From a virus (taxonomy: Duplodnaviria > Caudoviricetes), in the IMG/VR virus record IMGVR_UViG_3300025276_000005, positions 1-57,552 of that record: a DNA stretch of 57,552 nt; one strand, written 5' to 3'. A program made the translations under genes and the position numbers. This document shows positions 29,741-37,601 of this stretch, one piece after another (within the stretch, counting starts at the first letter, position 1; the number at the start of each line of letters is the position of its first letter). Below the pieces are notes generated by a model. It was not told the origin of the DNA, ran no database searches, and saw nothing but the letters and a program-made list of their open reading frames with translations.

Positions 29741-29823
29741 TACTTGTCTCTTACTTGGAAAGCACTAATGATAACTATTAAAGCTAACATTGTTATCACC
29801 ATTATTACCACGTTTACAACCAT
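29740..29823 (-). CDS. 27-aa single-pass membrane peptide
   Basis: MVVNVVIMVITMLALIVIISAFQVRDK; its TAA overlaps the phoH ATG. Confidence 0.45.
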   Translation of the reverse strand: MVVNVVIMVITMLALIVIISAFQVRDK

Positions 29824-29843
29824 AATAGTTTTCCTTGTTTTAG

Positions 29844-31451
29844 TTACTTTGTCTCGTAGCTACGTGCCATCGTTACAATCGCATTAGTGCTAAGAAGCGT
29901 GACAGCTACTGACACAGCATTTTGAAGTGCGTTCTTTGTAACCTTCATCGGGTCAATAACACCCATTGACATCAGCTTACCTCTCTTATCATTCTTTACG
30001 TCATAACCAAAACCTCTTGGCGTGTCATCGCTATACAAGTCATCATACATCAAGCCTGCGTTTGATAGTATAGTTTTAATCGGCGAGAGTAAAGACTCTC
30101 TAAGTATGTTATAAGCAGTCTTCTTCTCATCAGACCAACTTTCACTTATCGTCATAAACCTCGCTATGTTCTCAAGCGCCAATCCACCACCGGGTAGTAT
30201 ACCCTCAAGTGTAGCTGAACGTACCGCACATACAGCGTCATCAACCCTGTCAAACAACTCCTTGTGCTCTAGGTCAGTATTTCCACCAACGTATATAACA
30301 CCAACACCACCGGTAAGTGATGCTACCCTTGATAGGATAAACTCACGCTCAGTCTTTGTGCTTGAAGCAGCGTGCGCTCCGTGCAATTGCTCAACTCTCT
30401 CGTCTATATCCTCTTGAGAAACAACGTCATCGTCCTTTAATATAATCGTTGAAGCACGACCAACTATAACCTTGTTAGCTTTACCCAAGTCACTTGGCAT
30501 TATTAAGCTCAAGTCATCGCCCGTCTTCTCACTAAAGTAAGTAGCCCCAACCGATAAAGCAATGTCGTTCATTAGCTCGTGCTGCTTGTAACCAAAGTTA
30601 GGCGGCTGTATACAACATATCTTCAAGCCGTTCTTCATCACGTTTGCCGATAAGGTGTTAATCACGTTTGTCGAGCAAGGCGCAATAATCAATAGCTTAC
30701 CACCCTCTTGGATGATTGGCTTCAATACATTCTCAATCTGTAGTATGTTAGTTATCTCAGCGTCACTAACTAAAACACTAGCACCGTCAAAGATACACTC
30801 GTCCTTCTTGTGGTTGTTAATAAACAAGTTAGATGAGTATCCTCTGTCTACCTTAATACCCATTGTAGTCTCAAAGTGTGTGTCGGATGTTTGTGAACGC
30901 TCAACTGTAACGATACCATTAACGCCAACCTCTTTATACACGTTAGCTATTATGTTACCAATACTTGAGTCGTTGTTCGCTGATATAGTAGCTACACTTA
31001 CTAGAGTTTTATCTGTAACAGGTTTGCTCATCTTCTTAAGACTCTTAACAACCTCGTCAGTACCCTTTACAAGCTCTCTAAGGACCGCTGTCTTATTATG
31101 CTTATCAGTAATCATCTCGTCTCCATTTCGTACTAAGGCGTTAGATAACACGATAGCCGTTGTCGTACCATCACCGGCAGACAATGCAGTCTTCTCCGCT
31201 GCCTCTTTTACAATTCTGACTGCAAGATTCTCCACAGGGTCAAGCAAGCTAATAGATTTAGCCACCGTGACTCCATCCTTAGTAACCGTCATTCCCGATA
31301 AATGTTCTTCTGATTCGATAAGCACTGTATGACCTTGAGGACCAAGGGTGCTCTTTACTGCATTTGTAATCTTCTCTAGACCTTTGAATAATTTTACTCT
31401 ACCTTCTTGAGAGAAATGCAATTCTTTAGGAGTGTAACCTGATTGATTCAT
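29844..31451 (-). CDS. groEL: Chaperonin GroEL (phage type, no GGM tail)
   Basis: STLGPQG, VTKDGVTVAKSI, AGDGTTTA, ATISAN, EGILPGGG, GVIDPMKV. Confidence 0.95.
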   Translation of the reverse strand: MNQSGYTPKELHFSQEGRVKLFKGLEKITNAVKSTLGPQGHTVLIESEEHLSGMTVTKDGVTVAKSISLLDPVENLAVRIVKEAAEKTALSAGDGTTTAIVLSNALVRNGDEMITDKHNKTAVLRELVKGTDEVVKSLKKMSKPVTDKTLVSVATISANNDSSIGNIIANVYKEVGVNGIVTVERSQTSDTHFETTMGIKVDRGYSSNLFINNHKKDECIFDGASVLVSDAEITNILQIENVLKPIIQEGGKLLIIAPCSTNVINTLSANVMKNGLKICCIQPPNFGYKQHELMNDIALSVGATYFSEKTGDDLSLIMPSDLGKANKVIVGRASTIILKDDDVVSQEDIDERVEQLHGAHAASSTKTEREFILSRVASLTGGVGVIYVGGNTDLEHKELFDRVDDAVCAVRSATLEGILPGGGLALENIARFMTISESWSDEKKTAYNILRESLLSPIKTILSNAGLMYDDLYSDDTPRGFGYDVKNDKRGKLMSMGVIDPMKVTKNALQNAVSVAVTLLSTNAIVTMARSYETK

Positions 31452-31474
31452 TTTGTATTTGATTTGATTTGATG

Positions 31475-31482
31475 CAAATATA
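31475..31482 (-). promoter_or_regulatory. Bacteroidota -7 box for groEL; equivalent boxes at 1917, 9997, 11506, 14904, 22691 and 28366
   Basis: TAnnTTTG on the minus strand, 8-31 nt upstream of the respective start codons. Confidence 0.65.
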
Positions 31483-31505
31483 GTATTTTATATTTAATTA
31501 TAACA

Positions 31506-31680
31506 CAATGTTGGTTGTCAAGATTCTGACGCTCTCTATATATATATATATTTTTACTCTCTCTTTATATATTTATTTCACTTCAAACTAAAGTTAAAGT
31601 TAACATTGTTGTCAAAGTAATTAATAATCAAATAGTTAATATATTTATTTCAACATAAAGTCAACATAAAGTTAACATTA
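31506..31680. repeat. AT-rich element, copy A (candidate replication origin)
   Basis: Non-coding; (TA)n tract and repeated AAAGTYAACAT; shares ordered motifs with 41767-41940. Confidence 0.5.
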
Positions 31681-31695
31681 AATGTCGAGTTAAAT

Positions 31696-31721
31696 AAAAA
31701 AAAGAGGGAATTAACCCTCTT
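31696..31721 (-). terminator. Intrinsic terminator downstream of ORF 31772..31960
   Basis: AAGAGGG-AATTAA-CCCTCTT stem plus a T run on the minus strand. Confidence 0.75.
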
Positions 31722-31771
31722 CCCGAACTGAAGAACACTACTACTTCAACTCAACCATCAAACACAATGAC

Positions 31772-31960
31772 TTATCTATTAAAATAATCCTTCATATCTT
31801 TTCGCATCTCAGCTCTTTCAATACCGTCTGCTATTATATTGGTCTTCTCGTTACGCTTCATCATTTGGCGTATCTCTGCAGCTTCCTCTAAACCACTTTT
31901 GCCTACCGGACGGTCATTAATTAACCTGCCGTCTTTTACTTTTAATCCGCTGAAATCCAT
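31772..31960 (-). CDS. Hypothetical protein
   Basis: 62-aa ORF followed by a terminator. Confidence 0.6.
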   Translation of the reverse strand: MDFSGLKVKDGRLINDRPVGKSGLEEAAEIRQMMKRNEKTNIIADGIERAEMRKDMKDYFNR

Positions 31961-31961
31961 A

Positions 31962-32102
31962 TCACTTTGTTTTTATGTGTAAACTAATTAATCCTAAATA
32001 AATTATGTACTCAGTGTAGTCAAACTCCTCGTCTAAAGGGAATACAGAGAAACCTAAAACAAATCCTACACGTATTCTATTCTGTAATTCTATCTCGTAC
32101 AT
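31962..32102 (-). CDS. 46-aa hydrophobic protein (MYEIELQNRIRVGFVLGFSVFPLDEEFDYTEYIIYLGLISLHIKTK), absent from the ORF track
   Basis: Abuts the next ORF; first gene of the leftward arm. Confidence 0.55.
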   Translation of the reverse strand: MYEIELQNRIRVGFVLGFSVFPLDEEFDYTEYIIYLGLISLHIKTK

Positions 32103-32636
32103 TGGGTAAAGATACAAAAATTATTAGATACATAGAGGTGGGAGGTTATATGTCATGTGAGGCAGCTTAGCCCTCGACAGAAACCGATTTTTTTCTTGGG
32201 GGTGGGGGTTGCCTTTTCATATTTTCATATCTATTTTTTTGGCTATTTAGATACGTGCATGTACCACCCTTCAGTTGCGCGTACACATATACCTACCTAC
32301 ATTCATCTGCTCATCACATCTTAATTCATCTAGCAATCTACATAGGTATCTAGTTAGTGATTGTGTTCCACTATATACAATGTCCGCTCAAGCGGATAGC
32401 CTTAGCTAAGGCATATGCATTCATTTTAAGCGCTTCCAGGAAACGCTATTTTTGACATCCTAGCAAAACAAAGGCATACAGAGGTATGACGTTATAACTG
32501 CCCTACACAATTTACCCATAAATAATCCCTAAACCTATTCCTCCCGCAATCCCTTTGCTAGTCAGATATTGAGAGAGTGAATGTCTAAACGTCAAAATAA
32601 ACTTTACATTAATATGCAAATTAGTTATGAATTAGT

Positions 32637-32666
32637 TTTGTACTACGGATTAATCGTCTATCTTTG
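32637..32666 (+). promoter_or_regulatory. Main early promoter, Bacteroidota sigma-A type
   Basis: TTTG (32637-32640), 18-nt spacer, TATCTTTG (32659-32666), at the start of the plus-strand arm. Confidence 0.75.
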
Positions 32667-32825
32667 CTTCAGCAATGGGAAGTATTGCTCGTTCTTTTCT
32701 TACTAACTAACTGATTATCAGATGATTGTCCTCTAAAAGCCCCACGAGATGGGAAGGAAGACAAGAATATCCCTTTATTTCCTAGGGTTTCTGCTGATTA
32801 GGGTGAGAGACATAATGTGAGAGGA

Positions 32826-32886
32826 TATCGTAATGCAGCCAAGGTGGTCACAAGCCCACAACCAAAAAGGGATGCAGAGTGAGATA
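32826..32886 (+). ncRNA. Twister self-cleaving ribozyme (type P1), copy 1; predicted cut U32831/A32832
   Basis: P1 TATC/GATA; U^AA; P2 TGCA/TGCA; GC; P4 GTGG/CCAC enclosing loop TCACAAGC; GAGT. Both pseudoknots (AC/GT, GC/GC) can form. Confidence 0.88.
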
Positions 32887-32903
32887 ACAATTAAACCAAG
32901 ATT

Positions 32904-33032
32904 ATGAAAGAAAAAGATGAGTTTCCTGAAATGGAATTGTATGAACACTATTCTTTTTATGTAGAGAATTGTGTAGACGAAGATAAGGGAGAAATACCTT
33001 TAGGCTTTGACGAATGGAAAATAAACCAATAA
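32904..33032 (+). CDS. 42-aa acidic early peptide, absent from the ORF track
   Basis: MKEKDEFPEMELYEHYSFYVENCVDEDKGEIPLGFDEWKINQ, preceded by the recurring AAACCAAGATTATG start context. Confidence 0.55.
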   Translation: MKEKDEFPEMELYEHYSFYVENCVDEDKGEIPLGFDEWKINQ

Positions 33033-33053
33033 ACCAACTAAACAATAGAAATT

Positions 33054-33761
33054 ATGCCAAATCATTGCAGTAATCATTTAGAAGTAAGCGGAAGTGTAAA
33101 AGAAATGAAAAAGTTTTACGACCATTTATCATTTATCCCTGAGCAAGATCAAGAAAGTTACAATTTTGACTTTAACGACTTTATACCTATGCCTAAAAGC
33201 TTAGATATAATAGCAGGCTCTAGGGTTAATCGCGCTGTTGAAGTTTTAAACGGAGAAGCCAACATGGGTCCAGGAGGAGATTACCCTAACATTACACCTG
33301 AAGATATTGAGTTAGGTAAAACATACCTAAGCAATATGAAGAAGTACGGACATGGAGACTGGTACAGCTGGTCTAACGCTAACTGGGGAACCAAATGGAA
33401 CGCCTATGACGGTTATGCTAATTCAGTAGAAGACGACTATTTTGGAGTTGGCTTTTCTACGGCTTGGTCTCCACCAATGCCTTTATTAGCAAAAATCTGT
33501 GAGCTTTTTCCTAACCTAACTATACAAATGGAATACCAAGAAGAAGGTATGGGATTCGCTGGAGTCGCAGGATCTAATCCAGGAGAAGAGCCTTACGACA
33601 ACGAAGGTGAAATAGTTTACCTAAGTAGCTGTTGTAATAAAGATGTAAACGAAGAAGTTCACATGCAGGAGTGTGAGGACAGCGACTTAGAGAATTGGGA
33701 AATTTGCCCTAAGTGTAAAGAGGAATGCGAATCAATTAGTGAAGTAATTTATAACAACTAA
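33054..33761 (+). CDS. YubB/DUF1281-like ferredoxin-fold early protein with a Cys-rich C-terminus
   Basis: MPNHCSNHL, FNDFIPMP, WYSWSNANWGTKWNA, FSTAWSPP, YQEEGMGFAG. Confidence 0.75.
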   Translation: MPNHCSNHLEVSGSVKEMKKFYDHLSFIPEQDQESYNFDFNDFIPMPKSLDIIAGSRVNRAVEVLNGEANMGPGGDYPNITPEDIELGKTYLSNMKKYGHGDWYSWSNANWGTKWNAYDGYANSVEDDYFGVGFSTAWSPPMPLLAKICELFPNLTIQMEYQEEGMGFAGVAGSNPGEEPYDNEGEIVYLSSCCNKDVNEEVHMQECEDSDLENWEICPKCKEECESISEVIYNN

Positions 33762-33771
33762 AACCAAGATT

Positions 33772-34458
33772 ATGAACAAATTCAACGAATTATTAGCAGC
33801 AAAAAGTGGTGTAAACATCAAGAAAGTTAATACCATTAAGGGACAGATTAACAAGCTAGAGTCTAACAAGTTTGACAAGCAGATTGAGTTATCAAGAATC
33901 TGCTGCTCAGCGGAACAATGGTTTAAGTTAGCAGAAACCAAGCAACATATGAAAGATGCAGAGATTGAGATGACGATGGACAAGTTTGGAAATGATACGT
34001 TTGGATTCAAAAGAAGCCAATGGTCATTGTATAGACAAGTGGGTAACTTACTTACTGAGAAAGAAGAATTACTTGCAACATTCATCGCTGATAGAGAAGA
34101 AAAGGTAGCTAACAATGAAACCCCAAACAAATCATTAAAGGCCTTAAAGGATTGGATGATTAATGATGGTGTAGAGGAAGCAGAAGCAGAAGCAGAAGCA
34201 GAAGCAGAAGAGGAAGCAGAAGCAGAAGCAGAAGCAGAAGAAAAGACTAACTACATTGTTAGTTTTGCTATCAAAGGAGAGCATTTTGAAGATGGCAAAG
34301 GAGTTAGTATTAGAATAGCTGAAAGCGGAATTGTAGAGGGAGACATTGAAAAGATACCAAGTGGATTGAGAAAAGAGTTAGCGAAGTTATCATCTCAGAT
34401 AGCTTTAAAGCAACCAAATGCGATTGTGGAAACCAAAGGTAAGAGTGAATCAAAATAA
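33772..34458 (+). CDS. Early protein with an acidic (EA)n linker
   Basis: 228 aa; GAAGCA tandem repeats. Confidence 0.7.
   Translation: MNKFNELLAAKSGVNIKKVNTIKGQINKLESNKFDKQIELSRICCSAEQWFKLAETKQHMKDAEIEMTMDKFGNDTFGFKRSQWSLYRQVGNLLTEKEELLATFIADREEKVANNETPNKSLKALKDWMINDGVEEAEAEAEAEAEEEAEAEAEAEEKTNYIVSFAIKGEHFEDGKGVSIRIAESGIVEGDIEKIPSGLRKELAKLSSQIALKQPNAIVETKGKSESK
34174..34242 (+). repeat. In-frame hexamer tandem repeat (GAAGCA)n in two blocks
   Basis: Encodes EEAEAEAEAEAEEEAEAEAEAEE. Confidence 0.9.
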
Positions 34459-34464
34459 TCTAAG

Positions 34465-34492
34465 ATGGATGTCCGCTTAAGCGGATGTCCAT
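34465..34492 (+). repeat. Conserved hairpin family TCCGYT(N2)ARCGGA; other copies at 32381, 34827, 35641, 36533, 37579, 38688, 41344 and 48220
   Basis: ATGGATGTCCGCTTAAGCGGATGTCCAT. All copies lie in gaps between convincing genes. Confidence 0.9.
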
Positions 34493-34544
34493 TCCGTATA
34501 CAAGTGAGTGCTTGTACTGATGAGACTAAAAGGTTGAAACGGGA
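34492..34544 (+). ncRNA. Hammerhead self-cleaving ribozyme (type III); predicted cut after GUA at 34498
   Basis: Stem III TTCCGT/ACGGGA; stem I TACAAG/CTTGTA; core CTGATGA (34517-34523); stem II GAC/GTT; GAAA (34536-34539). Confidence 0.85.
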
Positions 34545-34566
34545 AATTAACTTAATACTGAGTGAT

Positions 34567-34818
34567 ATGGAAATTAAAAGAATTGTAGTAGTAATGGATG
34601 TTATTACTGAGGAAAAAACCACATTATATAATGCGTTATCTCTAGAGGATAATTTAATATCTACTATCATAACTTTAACAGAAGATAGCAGGAAAATAAT
34701 GGAATTTGCGTATAGGAATAAGGTATCAATAGACGCAAAGATTGAGAGTATACAATCAAAAAATGGTAGTATTAAAGCATATAGTCAAGCATTCGACATG
34801 ATTGCTTACGAAGGATAA
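34567..34818 (+). CDS. Early hypothetical protein (start re-called at ATG 34567)
   Basis: The longer ORF-track version would run through the hairpin and the hammerhead. Confidence 0.6.
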   Translation: MEIKRIVVVMDVITEEKTTLYNALSLEDNLISTIITLTEDSRKIMEFAYRNKVSIDAKIESIQSKNGSIKAYSQAFDMIAYEG

Positions 34819-34870
34819 AATTAACTAATGGATGTCCGCTTAAGCGGATGTCCATTTAAAACAAAGCATT

Positions 34871-35041
34871 ATGATTACGACAAAACACAGAATTACATAC
34901 GCTAGATGCATTGACTCGGGGATGAGCAGTGCGTTACAGATAGCTACCATCTTTAAGATGGTGTATGACATCACAGATGGTAAAGCATTAAAGCTAACGA
35001 TGGCTTGTGCTGATTACTACAATGAAACACTAACTAAATAA
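34871..35041 (+). CDS. 56-aa early protein, absent from the ORF track
   Basis: MITTKHRITYARCIDSG...; A-rich leader after the hairpin. Confidence 0.5.
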   Translation: MITTKHRITYARCIDSGMSSALQIATIFKMVYDITDGKALKLTMACADYYNETLTK

Positions 35042-35050
35042 GCAGAAATT

Positions 35051-35200
35051 ATGAGCAAATTTACTTTAACAATCATCACAATCTTAGCTACTACGCTAAC
35101 GATTATGGTGTACACAATGTCCAATTGCCTAGAGATTAAACTTCTAATTACGCTAATGGACTTACCGATTATTTTACTGATTGCAAACGAGTTAAACTAA
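35051..35200 (+). CDS. 49-aa hydrophobic (two-segment) early protein, absent from the ORF track
   Basis: MSKFTLTIITILATTLTIMVYTMSNCLEIKLLITLMDLPIILLIANELN. Confidence 0.5.
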   Translation: MSKFTLTIITILATTLTIMVYTMSNCLEIKLLITLMDLPIILLIANELN

Positions 35201-35205
35201 AAGTT

Positions 35206-35583
35206 ATGAAAAAGCGAGTAATTAACTTAGTAATAGATGCGTGTTATCTCATAGACAAAAAACGTGGTGTATTAAAGAATTACGAATATGAGACTGCGCC
35301 ATATTGTGGTCATCATAGGAGTGGAACAGATGGGGTTCTGTATAGTTCTTCTTACGCAGAAGGCGATGGTGGAGAGTCTGCCCATATAATTGGCTTTAGG
35401 TTTACTAAAAGCACAGATGATGAGTATTGGTGGAGTTTTAGATACAAGGTAGTGCGAGAGGTGTTTAACGATGGGTTATTTATAGCAGAGTCAAAATACA
35501 CCACATTCTTAAATGAGTTAAAGGCAGTATTCTTTTACCACAAACACGGATTCAGCCTTAGGTACAGAATAAAAACAAAATAA
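35206..35583 (+). CDS. Early hypothetical protein
   Basis: 125-aa ORF. Confidence 0.6.
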   Translation: MKKRVINLVIDACYLIDKKRGVLKNYEYETAPYCGHHRSGTDGVLYSSSYAEGDGGESAHIIGFRFTKSTDDEYWWSFRYKVVREVFNDGLFIAESKYTTFLNELKAVFFYHKHGFSLRYRIKTK

Positions 35584-35616
35584 ATTAGGTTATGTCTAAT
35601 TTATAATGTATATTTG
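35582..35616 (+). promoter_or_regulatory. Operator/promoter unit 1
   Basis: AAATTAG-N7-CTAATTT, 6 nt, then TATATTTG. Confidence 0.75.
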
Positions 35617-35684
35617 ACTAATTAATAACTAATAACCTATTAGATGTCCGCTTAAGCGGATGTCTGATAATTAAAACCAAGAAG

Positions 35685-36026
35685 ATGAACACGATTTTAG
35701 AAAGAAAAGTGCAATTTAGTGATGATGTAGAAGACACAATGTACACGTCTGATATAATGAGTTACTACAAGATAGACGCAGACACTCAGTTTATAAAGGA
35801 CTTTGATAATTGGATGAAAGAAGGTGGAGGAATAAACAGAGCCACATATAACCTAATTATAAGCAAGAGGGATATAGGCTTGTTTTGTTTAGGAATGAAG
35901 CCAAACGCACAATGGAGACTGAAAGACCTTAAGGCTTACTTTGGAATAAAAGGCAATAAGGAAAAGTGCAAAGAGTTGATAGAGGTATTAACAGAATTAT
36001 TTATACCACAGAGCAATGAAGGGTAA
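35685..36026 (+). CDS. Early hypothetical protein
   Basis: 113-aa ORF following the promoter and hairpin. Confidence 0.65.
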   Translation: MNTILERKVQFSDDVEDTMYTSDIMSYYKIDADTQFIKDFDNWMKEGGGINRATYNLIISKRDIGLFCLGMKPNAQWRLKDLKAYFGIKGNKEKCKELIEVLTELFIPQSNEG

Positions 36027-36156
36027 GGCGATAGTAATAGATGGTCACTTAGTTAAGCTAGATAAAGAGGGTAACTTCTTTAGGCTTAACGGAAGTGGTG
36101 TATGGGTGCAGATAAGTAATCAAGAACTTTTTAAAATTATAAGCGATGAAGTATAA
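36016..36156 (+). CDS. 46-aa early protein, absent from the ORF track
   Basis: MKGKAIVIDGHLVKLDKEGNFFRLNGSGVWVQI...; overlaps each neighbour by 11 nt. Confidence 0.5.
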   Translation: MKGKAIVIDGHLVKLDKEGNFFRLNGSGVWVQISNQELFKIISDEV

Positions 36157-36457
36157 AGGATGGACAAACAGAGCGACTTGGTTATTCAATGTTTACTATG
36201 GAGACAAAATAAATAACGAGGACGACTTCAACAGAGAAAAAAACCAATGCGAAGAAGATCACGAGAACCTAGTGAACACTATAGGCACTTGTATATGGTC
36301 TGATATGATTGATATTAGAGAGATAAACTTTGTCGAGTTATTTGAGACGATGAGTTCAGATTGGGATGAGTTTAAATGCGAGATGTGTGAAGAGTCAATG
36401 ACTGAGGAAGACCATCACTTTTGTGATATATGTGGAGATTGCCGGGATGGGGAATAA
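36146..36457 (+). CDS. Early acidic protein with a C-terminal Cys cluster
   Basis: YKGWTNRATW N-terminus; CEMC...CDICGDC. Confidence 0.65.
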   Translation: MKYKGWTNRATWLFNVYYGDKINNEDDFNREKNQCEEDHENLVNTIGTCIWSDMIDIREINFVELFETMSSDWDEFKCEMCEESMTEEDHHFCDICGDCRDGE

Positions 36458-36470
36458 AATAAGTTAAAAT

Positions 36471-36505
36471 AAATTAGGTCATGTCTAATTCATAACTTAT
36501 ATTTG
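36471..36505 (+). promoter_or_regulatory. Operator/promoter unit 2
   Basis: AAATTAG-N7-CTAATTC, 6 nt, then TATATTTG. Confidence 0.75.
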
Positions 36506-36566
36506 CCTAATCAATAACTAATTAACTAACAATGTCCGTTCAAGCGGACTTATTAAAACCAAGATT

Positions 36567-36767
36567 ATGGCGCAGAAGACAATAAAGAAAGGTGAGGGCT
36601 ACGAGGTAGTCGCTCACTACACCAACAATGAGTTTGGACTTGAGGTCACATCAGTTGACTACGAGTGTAGTGTAACTAATTGTGTGGTTCCTATAGATAC
36701 CTTCCTATACGATTTCCTAAGTGTAGGAGCAATTAACGAAATGGAAGACAAACTAAAACAAGACTAA
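36567..36767 (+). CDS. Early hypothetical protein
   Basis: 66 aa; AAAACCAAGATTATG start context. Confidence 0.6.
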   Translation: MAQKTIKKGEGYEVVAHYTNNEFGLEVTSVDYECSVTNCVVPIDTFLYDFLSVGAINEMEDKLKQD

Positions 36768-36771
36768 GATT

Positions 36772-36939
36772 ATGGGACAGATGAAAGAATTATTTATCTC
36801 AATGCAAGAAGGACTTATGCAAGGGATAACAATCACAAACGCTCAGCGTGAGCGTGACTTACAAGAGGAAGAGCAAGGAGAGTCGGGCAAGGTAGGAATT
36901 ATTAACACACCTAAAGACAATAGCGATGAAGAACAATAA
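36772..36939 (+). CDS. 55-aa early protein, absent from the ORF track
   Basis: MGQMKELFISMQEG...; fills the gap between two ORFs. Confidence 0.5.
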   Translation: MGQMKELFISMQEGLMQGITITNAQRERDLQEEEQGESGKVGIINTPKDNSDEEQ

Positions 36940-37210
36940 ACTTATAGCAGAATTTATGGGGTTGAAAGAGCATAAAGGCTCATACTACATACCACTTTAT
37001 AATAGTGGGGATTGGGTTCCCGATGTTGAGTTAGATTATCACACCTCTTGGGATTGGCTTATGCCTGTGGTAATGAAAATATCAGGCAAACTAAATAAAC
37101 CTCTTGATGAGATTATTTCACTCCTTACGGAGGTTAATAGCGATAATATATGGGATATTAAGTCTTTGTATAGTGCAGTAGTAGAATTTATTAAAAACCA
37201 AACCAACTAG
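36926..37210 (+). CDS. Early hypothetical protein
   Basis: NNKLIAEFMG...YHTSWDWLMPVV...YSAVVEFIK, a pattern I recall from Bacteroidota phages. Confidence 0.65.
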   Translation: MKNNKLIAEFMGLKEHKGSYYIPLYNSGDWVPDVELDYHTSWDWLMPVVMKISGKLNKPLDEIISLLTEVNSDNIWDIKSLYSAVVEFIKNQTN

Positions 37211-37215
37211 AAATT

Positions 37216-37572
37216 ATGAGTAAAGAAAGAAGTTTTACAAAGGATGACGTAGTTAATGCTATGGTAACAGAGTTACGAAAAAAGTCAATATTCGTAACCT
37301 ACAAAGGTAGAAAAATGCTACCTCAAATATCTCACCACATCCCAAAGAGTATGATTAAATCAGACAACCCAATATACCTTAGATGCTACAAGAGGCTTTG
37401 GAAAGAAAGCAGAAAGATAGATAACCCAATAGAGGTTAAAGAGCCTAAAGTTAGTCCATCTGTTATTCAAAGAGAGCGTATCGTTAAATCTTCTAGCAAG
37501 GTGGTTATAAACATGAAGGATAGAGTCATTACAATAGAGGATGGCAAAGACATCAACATAAGTTATAGATAA
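37216..37572 (+). CDS. Early basic hypothetical protein
   Basis: 118-aa ORF. Confidence 0.6.
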   Translation: MSKERSFTKDDVVNAMVTELRKKSIFVTYKGRKMLPQISHHIPKSMIKSDNPIYLRCYKRLWKESRKIDNPIEVKEPKVSPSVIQRERIVKSSSKVVINMKDRVITIEDGKDINISYR

Positions 37573-37601
37573 AACAACAGAGTCCGTTCGAACGGACTCT
37601 T

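Noticed and set aside
30655-31332. 225-aa plus-strand ORF, and the other antisense ORFs such as 72..425, 19218..19625 and 33732..34130
   Set aside because: They are shadow frames opposite well-supported genes and show no protein-like motifs.
31728-31760. Hammerhead core CTGAAGA
   Set aside because: No stem II or GAAA follows.
34465-34566. N-terminal extension of ORF 34465..34818 (MDVRLSGCPF...)
   Set aside because: The ATG is part of the repeated hairpin, and the extension crosses the hammerhead; ATG 34567 is the better start.
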